A stretch of DNA of 64,000 nucleotides from a virus (IMGVR_UViG_3300048599_000194:1-64000); one strand, 5' to 3'. Positions 9,184 to 18,008 are shown, counted from the stretch's first letter. The notes: a model not told the origin generated them from the sequence alone. Translations and numbers: made by a program.

Positions 9184-9348
9184 TCAGGACTTTTTAGAAG
9201 TCCACCATTCTCTAAACGATTTTGCGTATTTTCGAACCCAATCTAGATACGCCGCCTCTCCTAAATCCCTACCACTCTTTTCAGATTCGATCCATCGGTG
9301 CTTTTGCATCTCTTCACATTGAGCTTCCGCATAAGTTCGAAGATCCAT
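9184..9348 (-). CDS. DUF4032-like small protein
   Basis: HRWIESEKSGRDLG..AYLDW motif; TAAATA upstream of ATG 9348. Confidence 0.65.
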   Translation of the reverse strand: MDLRTYAEAQCEEMQKHRWIESEKSGRDLGEAAYLDWVRKYAKSFREWWTSKKS

Positions 9349-9365
9349 AGGGTAAATATTTAGAA

Positions 9366-11225
9366 TCATGCTAGATACATGTCAATAAAATCTTCAATCG
9401 ATGCCACTGGAATCCCATATTGCTGTGCCTTCTTTGTCTTATTTGACTGTAAATCCAGATCGGCTACAATTAATACTTTTGTAGTCTTTTTTACACTAGA
9501 ATCTTCTTTCCATCCCATCGAGGCAAGTCGCTTAACCTGACCGTCGGAGAATCTAGTGCCAGTAATACAGTAACTTCCAACTGTCTCAGTGATCTTCTCA
9601 TCAACAATTCTAATTTTGCCATCAATTTTCTTAAACAAATCAAGACTTCTCTTCATTTGCTCTACAATATGCTTATGAAATCCACGGATTTCCTTTAACT
9701 TTTCAATCTTAACCATATCTCCATCAACCAAATCGCGCCACACGAATCCACTTTCAGAAATGACTCTTGAGAAAGTCTTACCACATGACCTCAAATATGT
9801 TTGATATATTACTTTTGCATCTACATCACCATGAATATTTGAAAAGAAAGTTAATATTTTCTCTTTATGTGAAGAACCAACTCCTGGAATTGTTGCATAT
9901 TCAATGTCATCTAAGCTGAAGTCATATAAATCCATGACTTCAGTTATATTAAAATGCCTAAAGACCTTTCCCATGATTCCATTGGATAGTCCTTCAGGGT
10001 AGAAAAACTTAGAAAATCTCAACAACTTCGAATTCTCGATGTTCGGACATTCAGGATTTACGCAGAAGTAGTGCTCTCCGTCGGCCTCTCCGTTCGATCC
10101 ACATGCTGGGCACTTAGGGGTTAGCTTATTGTCATCAATGAGTCTAATCCCCTTGGACACCACCCGGTTGGCATGGGGCATGATCTCATTGCTTCTAATA
10201 ATCTCCACCACATGGTCCTCGTATAGAGGCCAGAAGCCCTCTCGTATGGCGATTCCGAAGCTACCCAGCGATGCCCTCTTGATCATTGCCCCATTCAAGT
10301 TAACTGGCTCAAGTAACAAAACAGGTGTCAATCTCTGATCAATACCGATAGTAATATCAAATCCTCTAGCTTTGGTTAGTCGCTTCTCATCTTCAAACTT
10401 AAAAGCGATTAATGAACCATTAGACTTCTTAAATACGGCACCATCTGCTTCATATGGATAAGAATCCTTAATTGCATACTTGAATCCGGCCAGATCCTTA
10501 ATTTGTTGGTTTGTATAACTTTTCTGAGTTTCTACGATAAAAGAAGAACCCCAATCAGCCTCATCGTATAAATCCGCTCCGGTTTCTACGTCTTTGTACG
10601 TGTATGCAATGAAATCAACAAATTTCATCACATCTTCCCAGCCCTCTTGCCGTGAAATTGCACCAGCGACTGCATTTCTACTCGATTTACTAACGTCAAA
10701 ACCGTTTTCTGTAGTATACGCATCCTTCCTGATAGCGGCCTCGCCTCGAACTGCAACATAAGCTCTAACTATTGCATTGCGATCCACTGGAAGTTCGTTT
10801 GGAACTATACCAATAAACTTTGCGGTGCGGTCAATTCCAATATTATGGCGACCTCTGGTTACGGCCTTCCAGAATTTTCCGTTTTTATAGTACAGAACAA
10901 TAGAATTACCATCTATTTTAGTGGAAACAGTCGGATCCTCATCATTACCTATCCAACTGATAACCTCATCTATATTTTTAATTTTTGTAATGGATCCAAC
11001 TTGAATTGGATGCTCGAATTTATCTTTTTCTTCAATTCCGCTAAATTCGTAACCATATCCAGGGGTGGTAAGTATTGGATGATTAGGATTCAAAAGCCTA
11101 AGTTCATCCTCATATGTATTAAATGTTTCATCATCAACACTAACTTCACCAGTTTCGTAGTAGTCATAGGACCACTGCTTCAACTTAGATACGATCTCTT
11201 CTTCTCTGGTCATGTTATCCTCCAT
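9366..11225 (-). CDS. ligA: NAD-dependent DNA ligase
   Basis: YY..G...VDDETF, KIDG adenylation motif, TRG, VRGE, SRNAVAG, CPAC Zn finger, C-terminal BRCT. Confidence 0.95.
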   Translation of the reverse strand: MEDNMTREEEIVSKLKQWSYDYYETGEVSVDDETFNTYEDELRLLNPNHPILTTPGYGYEFSGIEEKDKFEHPIQVGSITKIKNIDEVISWIGNDEDPTVSTKIDGNSIVLYYKNGKFWKAVTRGRHNIGIDRTAKFIGIVPNELPVDRNAIVRAYVAVRGEAAIRKDAYTTENGFDVSKSSRNAVAGAISRQEGWEDVMKFVDFIAYTYKDVETGADLYDEADWGSSFIVETQKSYTNQQIKDLAGFKYAIKDSYPYEADGAVFKKSNGSLIAFKFEDEKRLTKARGFDITIGIDQRLTPVLLLEPVNLNGAMIKRASLGSFGIAIREGFWPLYEDHVVEIIRSNEIMPHANRVVSKGIRLIDDNKLTPKCPACGSNGEADGEHYFCVNPECPNIENSKLLRFSKFFYPEGLSNGIMGKVFRHFNITEVMDLYDFSLDDIEYATIPGVGSSHKEKILTFFSNIHGDVDAKVIYQTYLRSCGKTFSRVISESGFVWRDLVDGDMVKIEKLKEIRGFHKHIVEQMKRSLDLFKKIDGKIRIVDEKITETVGSYCITGTRFSDGQVKRLASMGWKEDSSVKKTTKVLIVADLDLQSNKTKKAQQYGIPVASIEDFIDMYLA

Positions 11226-11231
11226 ACGTGA

Positions 11232-11260
11232 AGACTAATTTAGTCGTTAAATGGCGTCAA
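11232..11260 (-). promoter_or_regulatory. early sigma70-type promoter (leaderless ligA)
   Basis: TTGACG-N17-TAGTCT, ATG 6 nt downstream. Confidence 0.7.
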
Positions 11261-11297
11261 CCTTTTCTTAAAATAACATAATCTTCTAAATATTCTC

Positions 11298-11858
11298 ATG
11301 GGTGCAGGGCCAAGTCAAGAAGAATTAAATAGACTCTACGAAGAAATAGCTGAACTCCGTCAATGCAAGCAAGAACTTGCAGGATTGAGGGAATTTAAGT
11401 CTAATTCTGAAGAAAAATTCAAAGAAATTAGAGATAATATTGATAAATTATTCAGTCGAATTGAAGGTAATGGTAGAAAAGGATTGAAGGACGAGATTGC
11501 TGAAATCAAAGAACTTTTAACTAAATTTGAAGAAAATATAACTGAAGTATATGAAAGAATATCTAAAATTGAAAATCTATTAGAAAGAACAATTCACGAA
11601 GTATATGAGTTAACCCCAATTGTAAAAGCATTAATGAAGCTAGAAGATGATAGAAAGACTGAGAAAGATTCTTTCCGTCGCGAGTTTAGAATGTGGATTA
11701 TTGGATTCATTGGGTCTGTTCTATTGACTGCATCAGTGACTTGGGTTACAATTAGATCAAACTCGGCTAATAAACCAGATGTAAAAACTGTGGTCGAGAC
11801 TGTTCTAAAAGAACAAGCATCTCACGATTCACTTAGAAATCTACAATTCAAAAAATAA
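11298..11858 (+). CDS. coiled-coil protein with a C-terminal transmembrane helix (late)
   Basis: Heptad-rich N-terminus, WIIGFIGSVLLTASVTWVTI TM segment; TAAATA 5 nt upstream. Confidence 0.75.
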   Translation: MGAGPSQEELNRLYEEIAELRQCKQELAGLREFKSNSEEKFKEIRDNIDKLFSRIEGNGRKGLKDEIAEIKELLTKFEENITEVYERISKIENLLERTIHEVYELTPIVKALMKLEDDRKTEKDSFRREFRMWIIGFIGSVLLTASVTWVTIRSNSANKPDVKTVVETVLKEQASHDSLRNLQFKK

Positions 11859-11887
11859 AAGCCCCTTGCGAGGCTATATTTTATTTT
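11856..11887. terminator. intrinsic terminator between convergent genes
   Basis: AAAAGCCCC-TTGC-GAGGCT followed by T-rich sequence; imperfect stem. Confidence 0.55.
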
Positions 11888-13125
11888 CCGTGTAAGATTA
11901 GATATTCTGGAGACTTCACCTTGAAATGGTCATCTTCGTAATTGAATACGAGTCCTTCTCTAGCAACTTTCACCCCAGGAACCAATTCATCGGTTCCGTT
12001 GGAAAAATCAAGCAATTCCTGGACAGTACCGGGTAATGCAAATTTAGTAGCTACAACAGGAACATGATCAAATTCATATTTGTGGCAAAATTCAAGCATT
12101 TGTTCAAGACAGTATCTACGCATTGCGTCAATATCCCATATCTTAAAGATATAGAACATGTGAGATGGCAATTTGTAAATGTTACCCTGAATTTTACCTC
12201 CAGCGTGCTCTCCTTGGATCATTAGGTTTTTTCTAATTGCCTTAAGACGAGCTTGAATGTCGAGTTCTTTTGCCGTTTGCCAGAAACGAGAACCATCGTC
12301 AGTTACTAGATGCCTATGATGAGTACAGACTCCAAAATCATTTCTGGTACGAAGTCCAAAGAAGGTAGGTACCTTATGGTTATATACCGACATGGACTGA
12401 CCTTCAATCTTAGAAGTAACATCCCAGATTGGCTTATCTCCATATTTTTCCTTCATTCGAGTAAACACCTTTTGAATGTTTTCCTCATCAGTCTGAGATG
12501 CCATCCAAGGCTCCCACTTTCCAGTCCTATCTACGCCCTTGAAACTATCCTTAGCCTTGCGATAAACAGCGTAGCGCATAAACCGATGGTCTAAGAATTT
12601 TTCCAGCTTACCTTTCTTATTGACTACTTTTTGTTCTTCGGTGTTTACCTCTTCCTCATCCTCAACAACCTTAATAATGCCAAGAAGTTGAGTTACATCC
12701 AATCCAGCCTCTGGAATTGTACCTTCAGGTAGGATAGTTGTCGGAAAGATAATGCCCTGAGAAACAACTCCACGAATTTTCTGAGCCTTAATCCTAAATT
12801 TCTTTTGACGGAGGAACTCAAATTCAGGTTTTGTATTTTTAGAGGAAATTTCATCCATTTCCTTCTGAATTCTAATGAGATCTTCTCCAGTGGCTTTACG
12901 TGCAGTCTTTTTAAGAGCATCGTATTGGGCTTGTAGTGCAAGATCCAGTCCATCGGGAAGGATCGAATCCACTTCAATATATACAACCATGTCGCCAGAC
13001 TTGAATTCGCCCTTTTTAGTGACAACATGAAAATCAAGAACCTGAGTCATCTCAAGTCTATCTGCATCTTCAATTCCATACGTTGTAACTACACGTTCGA
13101 TGTGTGCAAGTGCTCTATCGCTCAT
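11881..13125 (-). CDS. RNA ligase, Rnl2-related DRB0094 family
   Basis: N-terminal ADRLE...VVTKKGEFKSGDMVVYIEVDSILP and RGVVSQG; KIEGQS, QGE, IQGNIY, REGLV, FKVKS motifs. Confidence 0.9.
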   Translation of the reverse strand: MSDRALAHIERVVTTYGIEDADRLEMTQVLDFHVVTKKGEFKSGDMVVYIEVDSILPDGLDLALQAQYDALKKTARKATGEDLIRIQKEMDEISSKNTKPEFEFLRQKKFRIKAQKIRGVVSQGIIFPTTILPEGTIPEAGLDVTQLLGIIKVVEDEEEVNTEEQKVVNKKGKLEKFLDHRFMRYAVYRKAKDSFKGVDRTGKWEPWMASQTDEENIQKVFTRMKEKYGDKPIWDVTSKIEGQSMSVYNHKVPTFFGLRTRNDFGVCTHHRHLVTDDGSRFWQTAKELDIQARLKAIRKNLMIQGEHAGGKIQGNIYKLPSHMFYIFKIWDIDAMRRYCLEQMLEFCHKYEFDHVPVVATKFALPGTVQELLDFSNGTDELVPGVKVAREGLVFNYEDDHFKVKSPEYLILHGK

Positions 13126-13154
13126 TATGCTATCCTTTCCATAAAGATGAAAAG

Positions 13155-13183
13155 AGAATACTAGATGTTGTCTATATTGTCAA
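13155..13183 (-). promoter_or_regulatory. early sigma70-type promoter
   Basis: TTGACA-N17-TATTCT upstream of the RNA ligase gene. Confidence 0.75.
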
Positions 13184-13188
13184 CTACA

Positions 13189-13303
13189 TGGACTTGCCGG
13201 GAGTTGAACCCGATGGAGGAGCTACCTCCGTCTCCGTAGCATTAATCTGCCAAGCGGCCCGTGAATGGACCGTATGGGAATTGAACCCATTTGCATCAAG
13301 CCC
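13189..13303 (-). ncRNA. tRNA-like RNA with two T-arm/acceptor heads (not a canonical tRNA)
   Basis: Two canonical T-arms (ATGGG-TTCAATT-CCCAT; TCGGG-TTCAACT-CCCGG), each followed by 7 nt plus discriminator A; the 5' strands GGGCTTG and GGGCCGC pair crosswise with them. Confidence 0.75.
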
Positions 13304-13313
13304 TGATCGAGTT

Positions 13314-13931
13314 TTAACTTAACATTCCAGATAAAAGCTCATTCACGAACTTCATATCAGCTTTACCCTTCAACTTAGGAGTAAGATCCTTCATTAGAGG
13401 GCCTCTCAACTTAACGGTCTTTTCTCCGCCCGCTGAAATCCTTTCAACAGCCTCAGACACTATTTCTTTGATTTGATCCTCACTCAATTGAGCAGGAAGA
13501 AATTCCTTCAATACGCTCAACTGATAAGTCTCAACCTCTACTAGGTCATTTCGATTAGCAGACCTGAATTGCGAAATGGAATCCTCCCTCTGCTTAACAC
13601 CTTTGGTTAATGCAGATAGAACATCTTCGTCATTCACTTCCTTGCGATTTTGAGAAATAGCAATTAGCTTAATATTTCCAACTAAGGTCCGAAGAACTAG
13701 AACTCGATTCGAATCCTTAGCCTTAAGCGCCTTAATTACTTCCTGATTGATTTCTTCGAATTTTTGACTCATTTTGACTGCCTCCTGTATTTCTGGACAG
13801 ACACTATTCCATCCGGCGTCGAATCTTAATGTAGAGTATTCTCCATATTCAGAAATCAAATCACTGATAATAACCTGCCACTCAAGCAGAGTAAAATCAG
13901 GATCTCCCATGATTTCTAAAATCCTGTTCAT
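13314..13931 (-). CDS. GatB/YqeY domain protein (core probably starts at ATG 13772)
   Basis: ALKAKD..RVLVLR, KQREDSISQF..ANR.DL, FLPAQLSE, KGKAD motifs; internal GGAGG SD before MSQK. Confidence 0.9.
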   Translation of the reverse strand: MNRILEIMGDPDFTLLEWQVIISDLISEYGEYSTLRFDAGWNSVCPEIQEAVKMSQKFEEINQEVIKALKAKDSNRVLVLRTLVGNIKLIAISQNRKEVNDEDVLSALTKGVKQREDSISQFRSANRNDLVEVETYQLSVLKEFLPAQLSEDQIKEIVSEAVERISAGGEKTVKLRGPLMKDLTPKLKGKADMKFVNELLSGMLS

Positions 13932-13933
13932 TT

Positions 13934-14029
13934 TTAATGGCGAAGCAATGCAGGGATTGCCACACTAGCAACAATCCCAACGATCACAACGAGAACCATT
14001 AATTCTACTAGCGTAAATCCTTTTCTCAT
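13934..14029 (-). CDS. 31-aa type IV prepilin-like peptide (N-terminal methylation motif only)
   Basis: MRKG|FTLVELMVLVVIVGIVASVAIPALLRH; AAGGAG SD; fills the intergenic gap exactly; below the ORF-track size cutoff. Confidence 0.85.
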   Translation of the reverse strand: MRKGFTLVELMVLVVIVGIVASVAIPALLRH

Positions 14030-14038
14030 TCTATCTCC

Positions 14039-15253
14039 TTATATGGTGAACCCAGACTTCCAAAGATCTTCGAACTTAGTCCAATTCTTTGAATTATTTC
14101 GTCCAATTAAAAGCCATTCGGTAAATGTTGGAGAATTTTCGTCAATGTACCGCTGGAACAGATATGCAGTGAATCGCTTCAATTCGACCTGCTCATTAAC
14201 CTTAATAGCGTATGACTTTCTATCGATGTTTCTAATATCCACCGAAGCAATGAAAAATTCAATTTTAGAATTGATTTCTGCAATCTTATTCTTCAATGAT
14301 TCAATTGCATTCTTCTGAACAATAGTAAGATCAGAATAAAAATCATCAATAATTCCAGAAAAAAACATATCTAGAAGATTGTTTACAGTATGGCCCTTAT
14401 CTCCACCACCGATTAGACGATGAAGAACCAAATATCTCTGATTCTTTAGCTTCCCTAGTGGTTCAGGATTTGAAAGAACGAATCCTTCCGCATTCTGTCC
14501 ATATCTTTCATTAGATGATTCTTCCTCAACATACGCCTCAAGAGCCTCTAACGTCTTTTCTGCAAGGGGTAGATCAGACACCTTTAGTCGATATGGGCGA
14601 CGCTCCCCAAAGTCCTCAGACGCCACTCTGTCTAGTTCAGCGGTGGACATGTACTCCCCAGTGGATACCTTTCTCGCAAGAAGCAAGAATATCGTATCTT
14701 CTGGATACTGAGTGACAATGATGTTATATGCAGAACAAAGTTCATGAAAGTAGCAGTATTCGGTGTTGGCCTTTTTAAGGTTTTCAACGCCAAACAACTT
14801 CAGAAAAAGATCAGAAAATGTAAACTTATAGTCCCCTATGTTACATGGCTTAATCTTTCCTAGAGTGGAAATTCTCCATTCTCCCTTCCAGAAATACATC
14901 TGAATTGCGCTACCATCTGCCTTCTGAACAATTTCAAGAGAATCAAAGTCTTCAATGAACTTAGCCTTTGACGAATAAGGGCAATGCCCTTCCCTCAGAT
15001 TGAAAAACTTCGCAGGTGGCCTGGATACATACATCCATGATCCATCTGCAAGACGGGCCATGACTGTTCCACGACATTCAAATGTAATGGCATTCCACTT
15101 CACCATAATCATGTCATACTTGAAGAGATACAAATCATCTTCAATATCAACCATCACGCCAAAATCATTATTAAACAATGTCTTCACATCCTCAGCGGAT
15201 GCCCCTGAATCCTTCCCGAACATCTCATTCAGGAATTCCAATAGTGCTGACAT
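14039..15253 (-). CDS. RNA ligase 1 (T4 Rnl1-like)
   Basis: FKY, ECRG, KFFN, KADGS (motif I), HELCS, EGFV, KLKN motifs. Confidence 0.9.
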   Translation of the reverse strand: MSALLEFLNEMFGKDSGASAEDVKTLFNNDFGVMVDIEDDLYLFKYDMIMVKWNAITFECRGTVMARLADGSWMYVSRPPAKFFNLREGHCPYSSKAKFIEDFDSLEIVQKADGSAIQMYFWKGEWRISTLGKIKPCNIGDYKFTFSDLFLKLFGVENLKKANTEYCYFHELCSAYNIIVTQYPEDTIFLLLARKVSTGEYMSTAELDRVASEDFGERRPYRLKVSDLPLAEKTLEALEAYVEEESSNERYGQNAEGFVLSNPEPLGKLKNQRYLVLHRLIGGGDKGHTVNNLLDMFFSGIIDDFYSDLTIVQKNAIESLKNKIAEINSKIEFFIASVDIRNIDRKSYAIKVNEQVELKRFTAYLFQRYIDENSPTFTEWLLIGRNNSKNWTKFEDLWKSGFTI

Positions 15254-15275
15254 AGTGTACCTCCTTTCACATTAG

Positions 15276-15304
15276 AAGATACTGTACATATCCTTATACG
15301 TCAA
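15276..15304 (-). promoter_or_regulatory. early sigma70-type promoter
   Basis: TTGACG-N17-TATCTT followed by GGAGG SD and the Rnl1 start. Confidence 0.8.
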
Positions 15305-15842
15305 CTAGAAGTTTTAAGTTCTCATCCGAGAATAGTTCTTTTTGCCGCTTAGACACCATACTCTTTGCAGTTTCCCAATCAACCCACAAAAATGCATCAT
15401 TTTCAGGAAGATCTTTCCCATCTATTCTAGATGTGCATTTTAGTGAATACTTAGAAATATCAATCAAACAATCAACATAGTACGCATATACCATTTTTTT
15501 AGTTGTCTTATATCTGAATAGAATCTCACTATGAATCTTAACAATACCCTTATCAGATAATGATCTAAAATTCAACCCAGTCTCTTCGATGGATTCTCTA
15601 AATGCAGTATCCAACAGTGAATCGGCATCTTCAACAATTCCTTTCGGAATACCCCAATGTCCATCGCTCCTAGAAAAACTACCGTTAAACTGAGTTGCAT
15701 GACAAAGTAAATATTTACCAAAATTATGAATTAAGAATCCTGCAGACTTCACTGTTGTATTTATTTTTGAATTATTAAATTCCAACATCGAAATCATACC
15801 CCTCGACCATTTCAGATGCAGGTACGATTGGACGAGGTCCAA
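15294..15842 (-). CDS. Nudix hydrolase (start probably ~15788-15797)
   Basis: SAG, WGIPKG...TAFRESIEETG Nudix box. Confidence 0.85.
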   Translation of the reverse strand: MDLVQSYLHLKWSRGMISMLEFNNSKINTTVKSAGFLIHNFGKYLLCHATQFNGSFSRSDGHWGIPKGIVEDADSLLDTAFRESIEETGLNFRSLSDKGIVKIHSEILFRYKTTKKMVYAYYVDCLIDISKYSLKCTSRIDGKDLPENDAFLWVDWETAKSMVSKRQKELFSDENLKLLVDV

Positions 15843-16452
15843 CGTAAGTTTTGACTATTTCTCCATTCTTGATGCAGTCGATATTTTCAAATAGATTTGG
15901 ATCTTTTGGTACAATCGATTCATTATACCATGCCATCAAAGTAGCCAATAGTTCCTCATCAGATACACCTCTAATGAGGTTATTATCTCGATTAAACTTT
16001 CGAATTTCAAGCCAGAAATAATAGCAATTACGCTCATCTTCTCCATTTTCAAATGCATACTTAATATGCCGATGACGATAGTACATAAAAGCGGTAATCA
16101 ACTTAATGAAATGAAATAGTTTCTCATTCCAGGTAACATACTCTTCACTAGAGGTAATATCCCCCTTAATTCCATAAGAACCAGCAAACATATCAAGAAT
16201 TGCGGTCTTGAAGTTAGGAGAATTATTATACTCCTCAAATTCACCTTCATCAAACTTGAAAAGTTCATTCATCAGAATGAAGCTATTCAAGTCTTCAAGT
16301 GCCTGCGAATAAGCATGGAGATAAGGATCAATCCTACTCTTTTCATCTCCAAAAGTATTATAGAGGTGCCGCAGAATCTGCACATTGCGCGAAAGAGTCT
16401 CGACCCTATTGACGACCTTCTTAAGCGAAACAATATTGATTTCCATATACAA
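15775..16452 (-). CDS. hypothetical early protein
   Basis: 225-aa ORF with GGAGG SD, downstream of an early promoter. Confidence 0.7.
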   Translation of the reverse strand: MYMEINIVSLKKVVNRVETLSRNVQILRHLYNTFGDEKSRIDPYLHAYSQALEDLNSFILMNELFKFDEGEFEEYNNSPNFKTAILDMFAGSYGIKGDITSSEEYVTWNEKLFHFIKLITAFMYYRHRHIKYAFENGEDERNCYYFWLEIRKFNRDNNLIRGVSDEELLATLMAWYNESIVPKDPNLFENIDCIKNGEIVKTYVGPRPIVPASEMVEGYDFDVGI

Positions 16453-16472
16453 CCTCCATATTAGACATAACT

Positions 16473-16501
16473 AAGATACTACAGAAGTTAACAGAAGTCA
16501 A
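16473..16501 (-). promoter_or_regulatory. early sigma70-type promoter
   Basis: TTGACT-N17-TATCTT. Confidence 0.75.
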
Positions 16502-16959
16502 CCAACGAAGTAGGTTTTAACAAATGCTCGCACGAATACTTCATCAGCTAACTCACACTTATGATCATTTTTCTTTTCGTTGATGTAGTACACATGGGAA
16601 ATTCCACTCTTTATGATTTTAGATGCACATCTCGGACATGGGTAGTGTGTGCAGATTAAGATATGACCATTTAAGTGCGCAGTGTTTGCATAGCTCAATG
16701 CATTTTCTTCTGCATGTATCACCAACGCATTTTTGGTGTCCTTATCTTCCCAATATTTCGGATCATCGGGGAAACCTGCGGGAAAACCATTATAGCCTAG
16801 AGATACTATTGATAAATCAGGTCTAAGTATCATCGCCGATACTTTTTTCCTAGGGTCTTTAGATAGTGAAGAATACTCGATCAACATATTCTTAAAAACT
16901 TCCAGTTTATGATCTGGAATAGGCCCCGAGACTATGATCTGAGAAACATTACTTGTCAT
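16498..16959 (-). CDS. dCMP deaminase
   Basis: GYNG, HAEENA, PCPRC zinc motifs. Confidence 0.92.
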   Translation of the reverse strand: MTSNVSQIIVSGPIPDHKLEVFKNMLIEYSSLSKDPRKKVSAMILRPDLSIVSLGYNGFPAGFPDDPKYWEDKDTKNALVIHAEENALSYANTAHLNGHILICTHYPCPRCASKIIKSGISHVYYINEKKNDHKCELADEVFVRAFVKTYFVG

Positions 16960-17122
16960 CTATTCCATCATCGCAATCTGATTCTTCATCTACCTCAATA
17001 TTAGGAAATGTAATTTGAAAAGTTACGAACGGTAAATGAATACATAGCATTCGCCAATATTCTGAATTGATCCATCTAAGACCAATGCCGATAAACCAAT
17101 CAAACTCAATCCAAAATGTCAT
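16949..17122 (-). CDS. small hypothetical protein
   Basis: MTFWIEFDWFIGIG..., fills the gap in the operon. Confidence 0.5.
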   Translation of the reverse strand: MTFWIEFDWFIGIGLRWINSEYWRMLCIHLPFVTFQITFPNIEVDEESDCDDGIDDK

Positions 17123-17129
17123 ATTGAAC

Positions 17130-17540
17130 TCAGTGAAAATCGTTATTTGTGAACTTAAAATGTCCAGAGGGAAACTGCTTATCTGCGACATTTCCCGTCT
17201 TTGGATTTATCACAGTTGGAGTAACTGCGGAAAATGAAGAGAAGTGTACTTCAAACACTTCTTCGGTGACTCGATCTTTGTAATCTACCAACACTCCTGG
17301 CTCCTTTGCTCCGTATATTTCGAACCTGTAATATCCTAGATTGACACAGGTAACGAATGACTCTCCCGTCAATATTCTAACATCATTAGCTGGTAAAATT
17401 TGCCAAGTTCCATCATCTAATCTAAGTTTCTGGATGATTTGGTAGTTTTCCCCGTTGCCTAATGATTTTCTATTGCATTTAGTATTAGGGATTAATGGAA
17501 TTACTACTTCGCCTGAAAATTCACCTTCGATTGCAATCAT
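17130..17540 (-). CDS. hypothetical protein
   Basis: 136-aa ORF. Confidence 0.65.
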   Translation of the reverse strand: MIAIEGEFSGEVVIPLIPNTKCNRKSLGNGENYQIIQKLRLDDGTWQILPANDVRILTGESFVTCVNLGYYRFEIYGAKEPGVLVDYKDRVTEEVFEVHFSSFSAVTPTVINPKTGNVADKQFPSGHFKFTNNDFH

Positions 17541-17551
17541 ACTATAATTTA

Positions 17552-17914
17552 TTAAAAAGTCAACTGGTGACGAATCTTAACTAGTCTAATGAACATCTGA
17601 TCGTCTTTGATTCGATCAGTTTGACTAGTCTTTCTAGACTCCCAGTATTCAAGTAATGTATTAATTTCATAATATAAAGTCTCGGCAATTTCATACGACT
17701 CGTCATCTGTATATGCAGACTGGTCGCGTAATTCATTATTGTTCTTATATCTCTTGTAAAATGATTCGAACGCATTAACTAACATTGTTTCAGGGTAATT
17801 AGTTCCGAATACTCTTCGAGTCCAATCCTTGAAAGTGTATTTGAAAAAATACAATATTTTACTACGCTCTCTAGCCTGAATCCGTTGCCAAGCATCGATA
17901 TGTCTAGCGGTCAT
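17552..17914 (-). CDS. hypothetical protein
   Basis: ATG 17914 preceded by GGAGG SD and a TGCTACAAT promoter motif. Confidence 0.65.
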   Translation of the reverse strand: MTARHIDAWQRIQARERSKILYFFKYTFKDWTRRVFGTNYPETMLVNAFESFYKRYKNNNELRDQSAYTDDESYEIAETLYYEINTLLEYWESRKTSQTDRIKDDQMFIRLVKIRHQLTF

Positions 17915-18008
17915 ACGAGACAGCCTCCTTCTGCATAGATTGTAGCACAATCATGACTAAATATAGTCGTGGACCTCCACACTAAACCATTAACCCATTG
18001 AGAAACTC

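Noticed and set aside
13189-13260. Canonical tRNA gene or full tmRNA
   Set aside because: Self-paired acceptor stem is only 4/7, there is no 7-nt anticodon loop, and at 115 nt there is no room for a tag reading frame or pseudoknots; reported as a novel tRNA-like RNA instead
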